NCBI RefSeq assembly: GCF_018977255.1
Contig: NW_024704767.1
Location: 4,712,001-4,776,000, forward strand
DNA from: Callorhinchus milii
Taxonomy: Eukaryota
Length of the DNA stretch: 64,000 nt
Direction of reading: 5' to 3'
Shown here: positions 26,301-35,906 of the stretch, piece by piece
How the letters are laid out: every line of letters begins with the position of its first letter
Numbering within the stretch: the first letter of the stretch is position 1
Translations under genes and position numbers: made by a program
The notes under the pieces: generated by a model
Seen by the model: the letters and a program-made list of their open reading frames with translations, nothing else
What the model was told of the DNA's origin: nothing
Databases searched by the model: none

Positions 26301-29300
26301 TGATAGTGTTGTGGGAGAATGGCAGAGAGAGTATTCAGGAAGGGTGAGATCAAATGGGCTGAAGGGCTTTCTTCACATCTAAACCTCTTGTGATTTCCAG
26401 CGAGGCTTGTGTTCTATTTAACACACGGAAGGCTTTCATATGATTTCATTGTGTCAGCAGCACAGCACAAAAGCTCTTCACCAATTGAGCCATGGGGAAT
26501 GCTGGATTTTGGATTTTTCCACCCAGATAGTTTATGAAAGTTAGAAACCAGAAATCGCTTTATTAAGCTTAATCCAGAACATTGTTTAGAACTCAAAACA
26601 TTACTTTTGTTCACGATTTGTTACAATTCTCCTAAGATATTGAGCATAATGGTTGTAAGATTTAGCAGGAAAACTCAACTGCAGAGTTAATTTCAATTTT
26701 TAAGTAGCATTTAAGCAGCCCCCACCATATTTTAACAGTTTCAAAATCACAGGAAGGGTTTATTAACAAATGTGTCTTAAATCACTAGGGTTTTGGGGGG
26801 GCTGAATCCATGTGCTGGGGACAGATGCTTAAATAATTAGACGAAAGAGCATGGGAGGTTTTTGAGCCATGCTGTCATCTATGGGCCACATCTGGAGCCT
26901 ATCAGTTTGATCATAACAATAACCATTCATTGACAAGCTACATGATTCACCTTTGAAAATTAGAGATTTATCTGACATTAATTCATTTGTTAAAGTCATC
27001 TCACAACTGGATAAACTGGATGTCTTTTACTGTCTGCTTGTACCGGTTATGACTCACAAAAAATGTCATGTTAATGGTTGTTTGACTAACTTGACACGTG
27101 TAAGTGAAGCAAATTTTGACATGCTTTATAAAATGTGAGAAAAGGGAATATTAAGCAGTTAAATGTCAGCATCCTGCCACTTCATATTCCAGAAAACGTA
27201 GTGGATGAACTCCATACTCTAGTCCTCCTCCCAGTCCTCTCACTTCCTTACCTCTGCAGGTCCTGTAGAGCCTTAGAAACCATGCAACAATTCATTACTT
27301 TGTGCTTCTTTTGGCCAATTTCTTAATTTTAGCTCCAGAGGATAAACATTTGCACTAACGTGAGAAATTTAACCTTCCATATTTTAATCTAGTGTTGATA
27401 TTCTCATTACCCAAGATATCTTCCTTTTGTAATATTTCTCTCAAGCAGATTTCACCTGGGCTCCTGGTGAGTGGACTTCCTGCACCGCAACCTGTGGGAA
27501 CACAGGAATCCAGTACAGAAAACTGCGCTGCCTTAACAATCATGGAATTGAAGTGAATGAGTCCACGTGCCATGAACTTCCTAAACTCCCATTAATTATC
27601 CAGCTCTGTAATGCACGGGATTGTCCTGCCAGGTGCGTAACAGGATTATTACAATTTATGTCGTTTTACACCGCCTTTAACTTTGCACGAATAATCATGT
27701 TTCGAATGCTATTGATTCTCTGCATTTGTCATAAAAATTGGACAAAATGTATCGTTATGTCAACACACAGACCTAAAAACTGCATGTGCTCTGTGTTTCA
27801 CAACAATAATGACCAGTTTTGGGGCTATCCACAACTCATTAACGGATCTAGATTTATTCGATTAACATAACAGTTCAGATGGTCNTTTTTTTTAAACACC
27901 GCCTTTAACTTTGAACCTTTTTTCTGTAAGTTTATTTTGAGAACTGTAGGCGCTACGACAGAGGATTGTTAACAATTATGCAGAAATCGAGGTACTGATT
28001 TTTTTTAACCAAAAGCAAGGTCATGAGAATTAATATGCCACGATGGCAGATTTGATGGGGTCGAATTTATCTAATGAATATCAGTGTTTTGGAGAGAAGG
28101 CAGATTTCTGGGGTTTGGGTATTCGGACCCTGGAAAACATTATCCAAAAGTTCTGCTCTAATATTTAGGAAAACAGCACTGTTCTCATTTGAGGGCTGGT
28201 TCTAGCCTGTGTTGGATTTTGCATTCTGCTCCACTGGGATTCAGCTGGACATCTTCCAACGATCTCTGCTTACTTGATTTCGTACTCATTTATTTTTATT
28301 TGTGGCTGGACTCGCCCTTTGGGAATTCATACTCTTGTTTTTATTGTTCTGATCTAATCAGTTTCGACAGGATGTTGTCAACAGATTGTTATTAAAACAA
28401 AAAAAAGTTAAGAAAGTAAAACGCTCTCTGGCATGATCACACAAAGCATGAGCTTACAAAAGCACTGTGTGCCATCAAATATTTTCAGATATTTTGATAT
28501 TTCTCAAAAAAAGGTGCAGTCTCGTGAATCAGTGACTCAATATCTTCCTTTATAATAAAAAATAATAATAATAATCTTGCATTTGATATAGCGCTTTTCA
28601 CGTCAGGAGGACGTCCAAAGCGCTTCACAGAACACTGTAAAGTGAATTGACTGTATATTTGTGGCGAACGCGGCAGCCAATTGCGCACAGCAATGTCCAC
28701 AAACAGTCGTAGAATGAAAATGACCAATTTATTATTGTTTTTGGTTTTGGAGGGATTATTATTAGGCTCTGTGTGGAGTAAGGAAACTTGCCCAAGGTTT
28801 CGCCCTGACCTGCCTGGAATTGAACTCGGGTCTCTCACTTGCAAAGCGAGTGCTCTAACCACTGAGCTACAGGACTCCAATAAGTCCTGAGCTACAGGAC
28901 TCCTTTATGAAATAAAGGAGTGGGAATCTGGTTCTGCGGCACAGCACTGCTGGGGTGAATAACTGTAGATTTAGGGGTTTTCTGTTCCATTTTTTGTGCA
29001 TTTCAAAAGGTTTGAAACTTGACTAAAAGGTGAGAAGTTGATACCTTTCAAGGTGGGAAACATGTTACTGAGAAATGCCATCTAGATGTTTCAAATTCAC
29101 TCCTTGCCCAAGTTCTAACATTTATAAGCTCCAGCTCATCCAAAATGTCAACCTCCCGCATCTATCCTCAACCAATTCTTTGCAAGGTTCCACTGGCTCC
29201 ATCGGATTGACTTTAAGGTCCTCACCCTCACTTGTAAATCCCTTCATGCCCTAGTTCTTCCTTCTCTCTGTGATCTCTTACTCCATTCTTCTGGTCATCT

Positions 29301-32300
29301 TCTCCCTCAGCTAAACCCAGTTTGCTGTGCATCCCCCACATCCTCTCCGCCACCATCAGTGGCAGAGCTTTCAGACGCAATGCCCCTAATCTCTGATATT
29401 CCCTCCATGTATCCTAACCATTTTGCCCCCTCTCTACCTCTAAATCTTGCCTTAAAACATATATAAATGTTGTTGTCACTTAGTTATCCAGAGTAAGTAG
29501 TAGCAGCGCTGTAATTTGCTGAGATCATTTTACTCAGCATATCCGGGATTTGAACCTGTGACCTTCTGGCCTGTCCAACTGAGAGCAGTGCACTTATCCA
29601 GCAGAATTAGGCTTTGGTCTCGCTCAAACATATTAGGAACTGTGCTCAAACCTTGTGTGCAATCCTGCCAGTTCCATACATAGGGTATTATCAAACAATA
29701 ACAGTTGCACAGTACCTGTTGAAATCCTACGTGGCGGCCAATGCATCTTCATAGTACTTCCAGTAAAAGTATTAAAAATTACAAAAGTTTGTCAATATTT
29801 TGTAGAAATTGATTATATGTATGAAAGTGCTTATGTATTTTCACATATTCTTTTGCCAACCGCTTGATTTTTATTTTACCCATGTGTATTTTTTTTAACT
29901 TTATTCACGGCATTAATTTAATATGGTAAATTGTTAGCATGCCTTTGAAAGCCCCACGAGGTTCTTCATACAATGAAGGCTTTCATGCTTGTCTTGAATA
30001 ATAATCTGAACTCCAGCCTGCAAGGAGCTATTGATTGCGAACTTAGTTTCAATCTTCCAGAGTAACCTTTAAATATGCCAGTTCTGCTGTGGCTTTAATG
30101 GGAATAACACGACGCAGGTGTTTTTGAGATGCAAAAGAAAATAGTGGGAAGAGAAAACAACATGCTGATTTTACAGCAATGTAGCTTAGTTTAGTTCACC
30201 TGCCCCTTTTTAAGTGTAAAATGCAATGGCTTCTTCCCAATGTCTCATTTATCTTTTTTTTAGTATGAAATGTGATCACCATACAACTTCTGTACTGTAC
30301 TTTTATTTCCTGCACCCGGTTGAATGACCAGTACCTTTGAAACTTATCTTCCAAACTAGCAATCCACTTTACAATATATTCTGTGAAACGCTTTGAGATG
30401 TCTCACCGACGTGATAAGGTGCTATATCAAACGCTAGGTTATTATTATGATGATCAATAGCAAAAAAAGTGCAACGATTGGAGTTATAAGTATCTAATCT
30501 CTAGGAATCAATTGGTAAATATTGTTCATAGTTTTAGCAATGTTGATATCTGAAGATTATTTAAACTTTAAAAAAACACTCCAGCAAGCAGAAATATTTG
30601 CAATAAACATTTGCTGGCATAATTATTATTTTGAATTCTTTTATATTCAGCATTCAAAATTACCAATTTTTTAATTTATATATATTTCTAAAATCTTTGT
30701 ACAAAAACACAGAGCAGACTTATCCTCTGTACACCATTACAATAATGTGACATTTACACAGTTATTTACTCCTAATTTTATAATTGGCAGTAAGTTAAGC
30801 ACCGCCAATAGATTCTTCTTGTGCAAATATTTGGCTGCGTAACCAAGCCAGCTAGGATTAGTCTTGTGTTAGGAGATTGCTTCTGATATCCTATTGAATT
30901 GAAAGCTATAGACGCTTATCTGGAGAATAAATGCATCATAATTAGTGCTGCAGGGTGCAACATCCCCACTCTATTGGCAGTAGCTCGATTTCTTTTCAGT
31001 GCTGGCTGAAATGTGGAAACACTTTAATAAATTAAATGGGAGGATCTGGCAACCAAATCAAGATATAAATGACATCTGTTCTTGTTACAACTGTATCTGG
31101 CTTTACCCAGTACTTGTTGCACTGAATATGATAAAGCCTCCAAAAAAAAGCCCATCGGCAAAGCGCTAACAATTGATAACAAGTCGAGTTTCATTTCATT
31201 GGCAGAGCCAGAATCAAAAAGGCATTCAAAATCCTACCAAGGTGTAAGGTACTTTACTGTAGACTGTGAACTTCATATCTTAGCCAAATAATGTTTTAAA
31301 TAGGAAAAGGGAATCTTTGGTTTGAAGCCATGCACTTACAACAAATTGGCTTTGAAATGCCTGGACAAAATTTTCCCCAAAACGAAGATAAATTTCTTTT
31401 AGCAAGGGAAATACAGAGGATTGCAGGAAGCAGATGAGTGACCCCAAAAGAGTGAAGTTGGCCCGTAATAAAAGTTTATGAGCAGAAGCACAATTGTAGC
31501 AGGAGAGGGAAAAAAAATGTCTTTCTGTTCTCTTGAGATGGATCTCTTCAGTGAAGTGTTTTTGGCGATCACTAAAGATTTCCTGCACCTAGTTTGAATT
31601 CAAGCTAAATAATACTTATCTAGTTAGGAAGTCGTGGTTTTAACCAACAGTAATGCTAAGTGAACTTTTTTTTTGTTTGATTGTAATCAACAAATGATAT
31701 CAGACTTCAGGCTGTCTGTTGATTTTCTACAGCACCTGAGAGTTTTGCAGCTTAATATAATTTCACTTGGAAGTTTGTGCATGATGTTTGTAGTGACTTG
31801 AGTGCTCTTCCTCCAGGTGGGTTGTCACAGCACTGTCAGAGTGTTCAGTGACTTGTGGGAAGGGCATCCATCAAGAGCAAGTGACATGTGAGCAGATAAC
31901 AGCCAATGGAACATTGAGAGTTTTACCTCCGGAGAAATGTGCAAAAGAGGCAAAACTATCAGCTGCCAAAGAGGGTTGTTTAATGCAGTCCTGTGCAGAA
32001 TGGAAAACTGCAACTTGGGAAGAGGTAAGGATATAGATCTCGGGTAGGAATTATTCTGTGCTCCTTGACATGAGTGATAATAACAGAACAAGAATTTTAA
32101 AAAATCACATTTGCGGTCTAAATCATGATACTGCTGACTGCCTGTTTAGGTGGATGTTAAAGATCCCATGATGATACTGGGATGAAGTGGGGTTTGGGGG
32201 TGGGGGGGGGGGGGGGGGGGGTGGGGGAGAGGAGAAGGGAGTGTCTCCTGGTTTCCTGGACAAGAATTCAACAGATAAAACCATTCACTTTATGGCTCTT

Positions 32301-35300
32301 TGTGGGACATTCCTCTGCTCAAATTGGCTGCCTTGTTTTGCCTACAAAATACAGTCGCTATACTTTACAATCATTTCTGTGAAATGCTTTGAAAAGTCCT
32401 TCTGCAGATGTGAAAGGTGCTTTATCAAATGCAAGGGTTATTTTGCATTTATAATTTGTAACTCGCAAATCCCAGAGGTATCATAGAAACTCTATTTGAA
32501 TACCAACCTTGGTTTTGAGTTCCTGGGGGGCTTGGTGTCAGAGTACCAGATCGAGACATCTGTGACACATCTGAGATTCCTTCAGCATTGTTCTATTGCA
32601 AACCCAATCACAGAAGGATTACCCCCACACCCAGCTACAGTGTGTGGTACATTACAGCCAATTTTACATGACACTGTGGCTGTTTTACTTGAATTCAGAG
32701 GTAGATCCTCCTTCAATATAAACTCGTGGAATCCTATAGTTCAGTAGTTAGAGCACTCGCCTTGCAAACGAGAGACCTGGTTTTGAATCCCGGCAGGGCG
32801 AAATGTTGGGCAAGTTTCCTTACTCCTCATGCCTCTGTTTACCTAGTAAATAGGAATCCGGTTGTTGGTCGATTGGCAGATCGCTTTTCCGGAGGTAAAA
32901 ATTCCTTTAAAAAATAATTAGAATAAATTGGTCACTTCAATCCATGACTGTTTGTCTGCTGTGCGTAATTAGCTCCGCGTTTCGCCCACAAAATATACAG
33001 TCAATTCACTTTACAGTATATTTTGTGAAGCGCTTTGAACCACCTCGAAGATGTGATAAGGCACTATATCAAGTGCAAGGATTATTATTTTTATAAGATG
33101 ATTATAAGTATTAGCTATTCCAAGATCTGTTTTCCTAAACTGTCAGAAAAGATGGAATTTGATGAGGTTTTATCATGAATGATAATAGCTGTTGGCTCAG
33201 ATTTCAAACAAAATCTTAGTACTAAAGGAGGCAATGTTTATTATATATGTATATTATGCAAACTTCTTGGGAACATTTAATGTGCCGTCACATGCCCTGC
33301 CTTTGTATTGCAAAGTGAAGATTTCCATGCTGAACTATTCCTGCAGCCACCACAAGATAATGAGCAAATCCTATAATCCCCCTAATGTACCTTGAGTGTT
33401 CCATGAATAGTTGCACTAAACTGCAAATGGAAGGAACAAGTAAATAAAATACCTGAGGGCGCAGCGCAACAAGCAAGGCAAATGAATGAGCAAAACAGGG
33501 TGAAATAAGTCAAGTGAGGAGTTCCAATTCAAGCAAATTGCAAAAGGATTCGCCATTCATATCTAGTTGGCTAAACAAATGGATGGAAAACGTGTAGGAA
33601 ACTAAATATGAATTAGCTAATAAAAGAAGGGGGATGAGAAGCTAATGTGAATACTCCAATCACCAGTGGCAACTCGAGTCTGACTGGAGTCCCTGATGAT
33701 GGCAGGGCCACACCACCAACCTGAGGGAAGATGCCAAAAACAGAAGACCTGTTGCTACTTGAGGTAAATTTTCGATGCCTAAAAACAAACCACGGCACAT
33801 TAAAATGTAGACCACCGTGAGTGGTGGAAGACAATGAAAAGGAATCAAAGAGAGCATCGTACTTATAAACCTCAATGTTTTGCTGGCTTCAGAATTAAGG
33901 CTATATTGAAGAATTTGCCAAATTCTGGATACTCTAAAATGTTTACAGAATACAGAATAAATCCAGGTGGAATTTCTACCCCCATTGATTTTTGAACAAT
34001 TTCAGATTGCTGCTAAAAGAAAGTTAACCACATTAAATTGGCAGTATTAAGTTTAACACAGACGTTTTTGTTCAGAAGCTCAACGGTTTACTTTTTGTCC
34101 TACAGTGTACCGGTCGATGTGTGGGTCAAAACTTTGCTGTGCAGCATCGTCAGATTGAATGCCAGTTTACAAATGGAACAGCAACCACAGAAGTCATTTG
34201 CAATGAAACAAAGAGGTACAGAGCAATTAAAAGAACCACATTATATGCCACTTTCACTCATGCCATAAGTACCACTTAGATTCTTTGTGGTATAGAATAA
34301 TTGAAAGCAATTTGCAGATTGCATCAGATGGTTTTAATGTTCAGAAATTTAATGCAATTCAGTGTAATTAACTTTCTTTTAATAATGGTTAATTCTATCA
34401 AAACTGAAAGGAACACAAACTTTAGAAAATTCCAGCCGCAGTTTTAAAATGAACAAAATAATTTGAAGCAAGAGCTTGAAATTGTTCACGACTGAAACGA
34501 AATTGGCTGGGAATAAATAAAACGCCAGTTGTTTACTCTGAGAGTTCAGAGGATATCATGAATATTTAATGTATATTTTCAACTATCTGTAATTTAAAAA
34601 AAAGTAATATGTTATTGTTAAAATATAAACAATTTAGCAGTAGTTTTAATTTGTCTTAATTATATTCTCGAAGACAACATGACATTACTACAATTTCACC
34701 AGCACAGAATGCTACTTTTACATTGTTTGTAGACAGATGCATGGAAAATATTTTGCTAGTTCTGTAGCAGAATCATTAGGGATTTGAAGCCTTGGTGTGT
34801 CCTGCTTCAAAGATGTAAATTTATTAAGCTAATGCTTTCCTTCAAGACAAACGTGTTTATTGGAATTAAATTTACAGATCATACTTGTGCTTGATGTATT
34901 ATTTAGTGTGTCCATGCATATGTTAGGGAAAGTACTGTTATAATTATATAATAATTATAATAACCATCGCAGATCCTCTAGGTTGGCTGATTGTAGAATC
35001 TGCTCCGTGCCATTGCACGATTAAATAACTGATGTTCCCTGGGAGAATAGGTTAAGTTTGAGATCGTACATTAATTTCCCTTATTCTCAACAACTATTTT
35101 CAGGCTAAAACATCTTTCAAACAGTAGTTACGAGTCTTTGGAAGAATCCAAACAAACTATCCATCACTACTTCATTTTGTGACTACACAGAATGTTACAA
35201 CACAAAACAGGCCATTTGGCCCAACCTATGTGTTCATACTCCACATGAGCCTTCATCCCTCCAACCTCTTCTCCCTCATGTATGTTTCTCCTTAAATATG

Positions 35301-35906
35301 GTGATGCATTCTGCTTTAATCACAGCTTTGACTAATAAAGTGTTTCAATTTGCAGGCCTGTTTCTACAAGACAGTGTAAATTAGATAGATGCAACGTGCA
35401 GTGGAGAACTGGCCCATGGAGACAGTGTACAGCAACATGCGGGAATGGTTTCCAGTCTCGATGGGTAGCTTGTACCAATAAGAGAAATAACAAAGCTGTG
35501 ACTGACCAGGATTGTGGTTGGCAGAGACGACCAATAACTTGGCAGCGTTGCAATGTAACCTCTTGTGACTGTAAGTACTCCAGCACTTCAATACACTTCT
35601 AACATTGTACAGAGAGAAATTAATGAATCAAAACAGTTGCTTAATTTAAAATATAATGCTTTATATTATCATTTGTTTAAAATAGTATCAAATTTGTTAG
35701 AACCTCATCATTGTTGGTTGATGGTACAAACAGAATTGATTTTCATGCTGATAACATGCAGTTATTTAGAGCTAAATATCTTGCTTTCAGCTTCTGAAGG
35801 GGATTGTAAGGATACAACGCGTTATTGTGCACTTGTGAAACGTCTGAGACTGTGTCAGCTGAAAACCTACAGACAGAGGTGTTGTGATTCCTGCAGAATG
35901 GTTTAA
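348..35906 (+). CDS. ADAMTSL3: ADAMTS-like protein 3 (punctin-2), 3' part: 14 spliced coding exons; 5' exons lie outside the window
   Basis: Exons join in one frame (3265 nt = 1 + 1088 codons including stop), all GT-AG. The Ig1 segment RVYIQTRQEKRIHFSIGGRAYLLPKTSVVIKCPVRRFQKSLIRWAKDG closely matches ADAMTSL3 as I recall it. TSP1 repeats and a C-terminal PLAC domain are present, and the gene neighbours SAXO2 and EFL1. Confidence 0.95.
749..2743 (-). mobile_element. 5'-truncated L2-clade LINE, ORF2 reverse-transcriptase remnant with frameshifts
   Basis: Minus-strand ORFs give MKPTTCSLDPTPT, VITPILKKPSLDP, GVPQDSVLGPLLF...MYVDDPQLYLS and ETLVHAFITSRPDY...LQIIQNPAARVL; (TTG)n tail at ~749-760. 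Confidence 0.92.
2319..2653 (-). mobile_element. Young full-length tRNA(Ala-like)-derived SINE with (TTA)n tail, inserted in the L2
   Basis: Near-identical to the copies at 28556-28878 and 45708-46013; head GGAGTCCTGTAGCTCAGTGGTTAGAGC. Confidence 0.92.
4146..4325 (+). CDS. ADAMTSL3: ADAMTSL3 exon, TSP1 repeat (CSQTCGGGLQSRKVQCKQ...CVNIDCAPHLALGGWSE)
   Basis: tacag|TGT ... GAG|gtaaat; 180 nt, phase 0-0. Confidence 0.93.
4716..4869 (+). CDS. ADAMTSL3: ADAMTSL3 exon, TSP1 repeat (CSVSCGEGIQRREWIC...CSMSTCK)
   Basis: ttccag|TGT ... AAAA|gtaagt; 154 nt, phase 0-1. Confidence 0.93.
5030..5525 (+). mobile_element. Degenerate L2 3' fragment
   Basis: HPITSVLAGFHWIPISKLLDIKICTLTYKSLH matches the L2 ORF2 C-terminus; gtgaagctctttgagatg-type tail. 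Confidence 0.75.
6664..7777 (+). CDS. ADAMTSL3: ADAMTSL3 large exon: Ig-like 1, linker and start of Ig-like 2
   Basis: Lies inside ORF 6633..7850. ttttctag|AG acceptor and AAAAG|gtacga donor; phase 1-2 matches both neighbouring exons. Confidence 0.93.
7860..8370 (+). mobile_element. Highly degenerate CR1 3' fragment
   Basis: acagaggttgttacatatggaataaactg...tcattcaggagggagctggatagag resembles the CR1 ORF2 end (RVVxxWNxL...FxxxLD). Confidence 0.55.
9524..9950 (+). mobile_element. Old Deu-type tRNA-derived SINE, full length
   Basis: A/B-box head, central ctgtttgtggacattgctctgcacaaattggttgcc segment, tail atcaaatgcaaggcttattgttatt. Confidence 0.8.
10730..11600. mobile_element. Cluster of CR1 3' fragments: a (+) copy interrupted by a (-) CR1 end at ~10870-11150 and a (-) SINE tail at ~11350-11410
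   Basis: ORF 10898..11146 gives CNSLSEAVVKAK...FKRKLDAYM; plus strand shows cagaggattgtcaggatatggaat...aattggacaaatactt. Confidence 0.7.
12693..12822 (-). mobile_element. SINE 3' tail fragment
   Basis: ataatccttgcatttgatatagtgcc...aaagcgcctcacagaatatactgtaaagtgaa, shared with the full-length copies. Similar tails occur at ~18650, 20545, 25430, 26225, 40120 and 41500 (-) and ~30365, 48153 and 60773 (+). Confidence 0.8.
19795..19922 (+). CDS. ADAMTSL3: ADAMTSL3 exon, second half of Ig-like 2 (ITLLGSARLQIQNFSRQDAGLYACTVSSELGTDTETSLLLYS)
   Basis: ttttgcag|G ... TCAG|gtcatt; DxGxYxC Ig motif; phase 2-1. Confidence 0.9.
20699..20827 (+). CDS. ADAMTSL3: ADAMTSL3 exon, start of Ig-like 3 (EIPVIRFSRANITN...VVGSAIIARLRATITIECPAE)
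   Basis: ttctccag|AA ... GAAG|gtgagt; 129 nt, phase 1-1. Confidence 0.9.
23287..23469 (+). CDS. ADAMTSL3: ADAMTSL3 exon, Ig-like 3 (GIPKPKITWQKKGG...NRGIYSCSAANEVG)
   Basis: tgccag|GT ... GCCA|gtaagt; GxPxPxIxW and GxYxC motifs. Confidence 0.93.
23628..23747 (+). CDS. ADAMTSL3: ADAMTSL3 exon, linker and start of Ig-like 4 (KPRIFPPSVASHREKGRKRVLMASRAGSTVTVKRGDVLRI)
   Basis: Not in the ORF track. ctttcctttaag|AG ... ATAG|gtaggt; 120 nt, phase 1-1, open. It supplies the strands before the first Ig cysteine (GDVLRIG-CPV). Confidence 0.82.
25164..25376 (+). CDS. ADAMTSL3: ADAMTSL3 exon, Ig-like 4 core (GCPVTAKHRATVSWNF...LNGGRVLEV...EQYKCLIHSD)
   Basis: catcag|GT ... GTAG|gtatgc; 213 nt, phase 1-1; Ig C...W...YxC pattern. 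Confidence 0.87.
27449..27632 (+). CDS. ADAMTSL3: ADAMTSL3 exon, TSP1 repeat (DFTWAPGEWTSCTATCGNTGIQYRKLRC...CNARDCPAR)
   Basis: aagcag|AT ... CCAG|gtgcgt; phase 1-2. Confidence 0.93.
28556..28878 (-). mobile_element. Young full-length tRNA-derived SINE
   Basis: Near-identical to 2319-2653. Confidence 0.92.
29120..29480 (+). mobile_element. Degenerate L2 3' fragment
   Basis: ttccactggctcc...gactttaaggtcctcaccctcacttgtaaatcccttcatg, similar to 5030-5525. Confidence 0.65.
31817..32024 (+). CDS. ADAMTSL3: ADAMTSL3 exon, TSP1 repeat (WVVTALSECSVTCGKGIHQEQVTC...CAEWKTATWEE)
   Basis: cctccag|G ... GAG|gtaagg; phase 2-0. Confidence 0.93.
32135..32452 (+). mobile_element. Old Deu-type SINE fragment containing a poly-G run (~32196-32227)
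   Basis: aggtggatgttaaagatcccatg...tttgtgggacattcc...aaattggctgcc...tatcaaatgcaagggttatt. Confidence 0.7.
32728..33090 (+). mobile_element. Full-length tRNA-derived SINE, related subfamily with a different middle segment
   Basis: Same head and tail as the young SINE, plus an extra segment gcctctgtttacctagtaaataggaatccgg. Confidence 0.88.
34106..34215 (+). CDS. ADAMTSL3: ADAMTSL3 exon (CTGRCVGQNFAVQHRQIECQFTNGTATTEVICNETKR)
   Basis: cctacag|TGT ... AGAG|gtacag; phase 0-2. Confidence 0.9.
35188..35330 (-). mobile_element. CR1 3'-end fragment
   Basis: acaacacaaaacaggccatttggcccaacc...ccacatgagcc resembles 10870-11050; another copy lies at ~37015-37230. Confidence 0.6.
35356..35570 (+). CDS. 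ADAMTSL3: ADAMTSL3 exon, last TSP1 repeat (PVSTRQC...WRTGPWRQCTATCGNGFQSR...WQRCNVTSCD)
   Basis: ttgcag|G ... GACT|gtaagt; phase 2-1. Confidence 0.93.
35791..35906 (+). CDS. ADAMTSL3: ADAMTSL3 last coding exon, PLAC domain (DCKDTTRYCALVKRLRLCQLKTYRQRCCDSCRMV*)
   Basis: ttgctttcag|CT acceptor; six-cysteine PLAC pattern; TAA stop. Confidence 0.94.

Noticed and set aside
6664-35906. Assignment as ADAMTSL1, papilin or a catalytic ADAMTS
   Set aside because: The Ig1 region and SAXO2/EFL1 linkage indicate ADAMTSL3. No Kunitz domains or HExxH protease motif occur in these exons.
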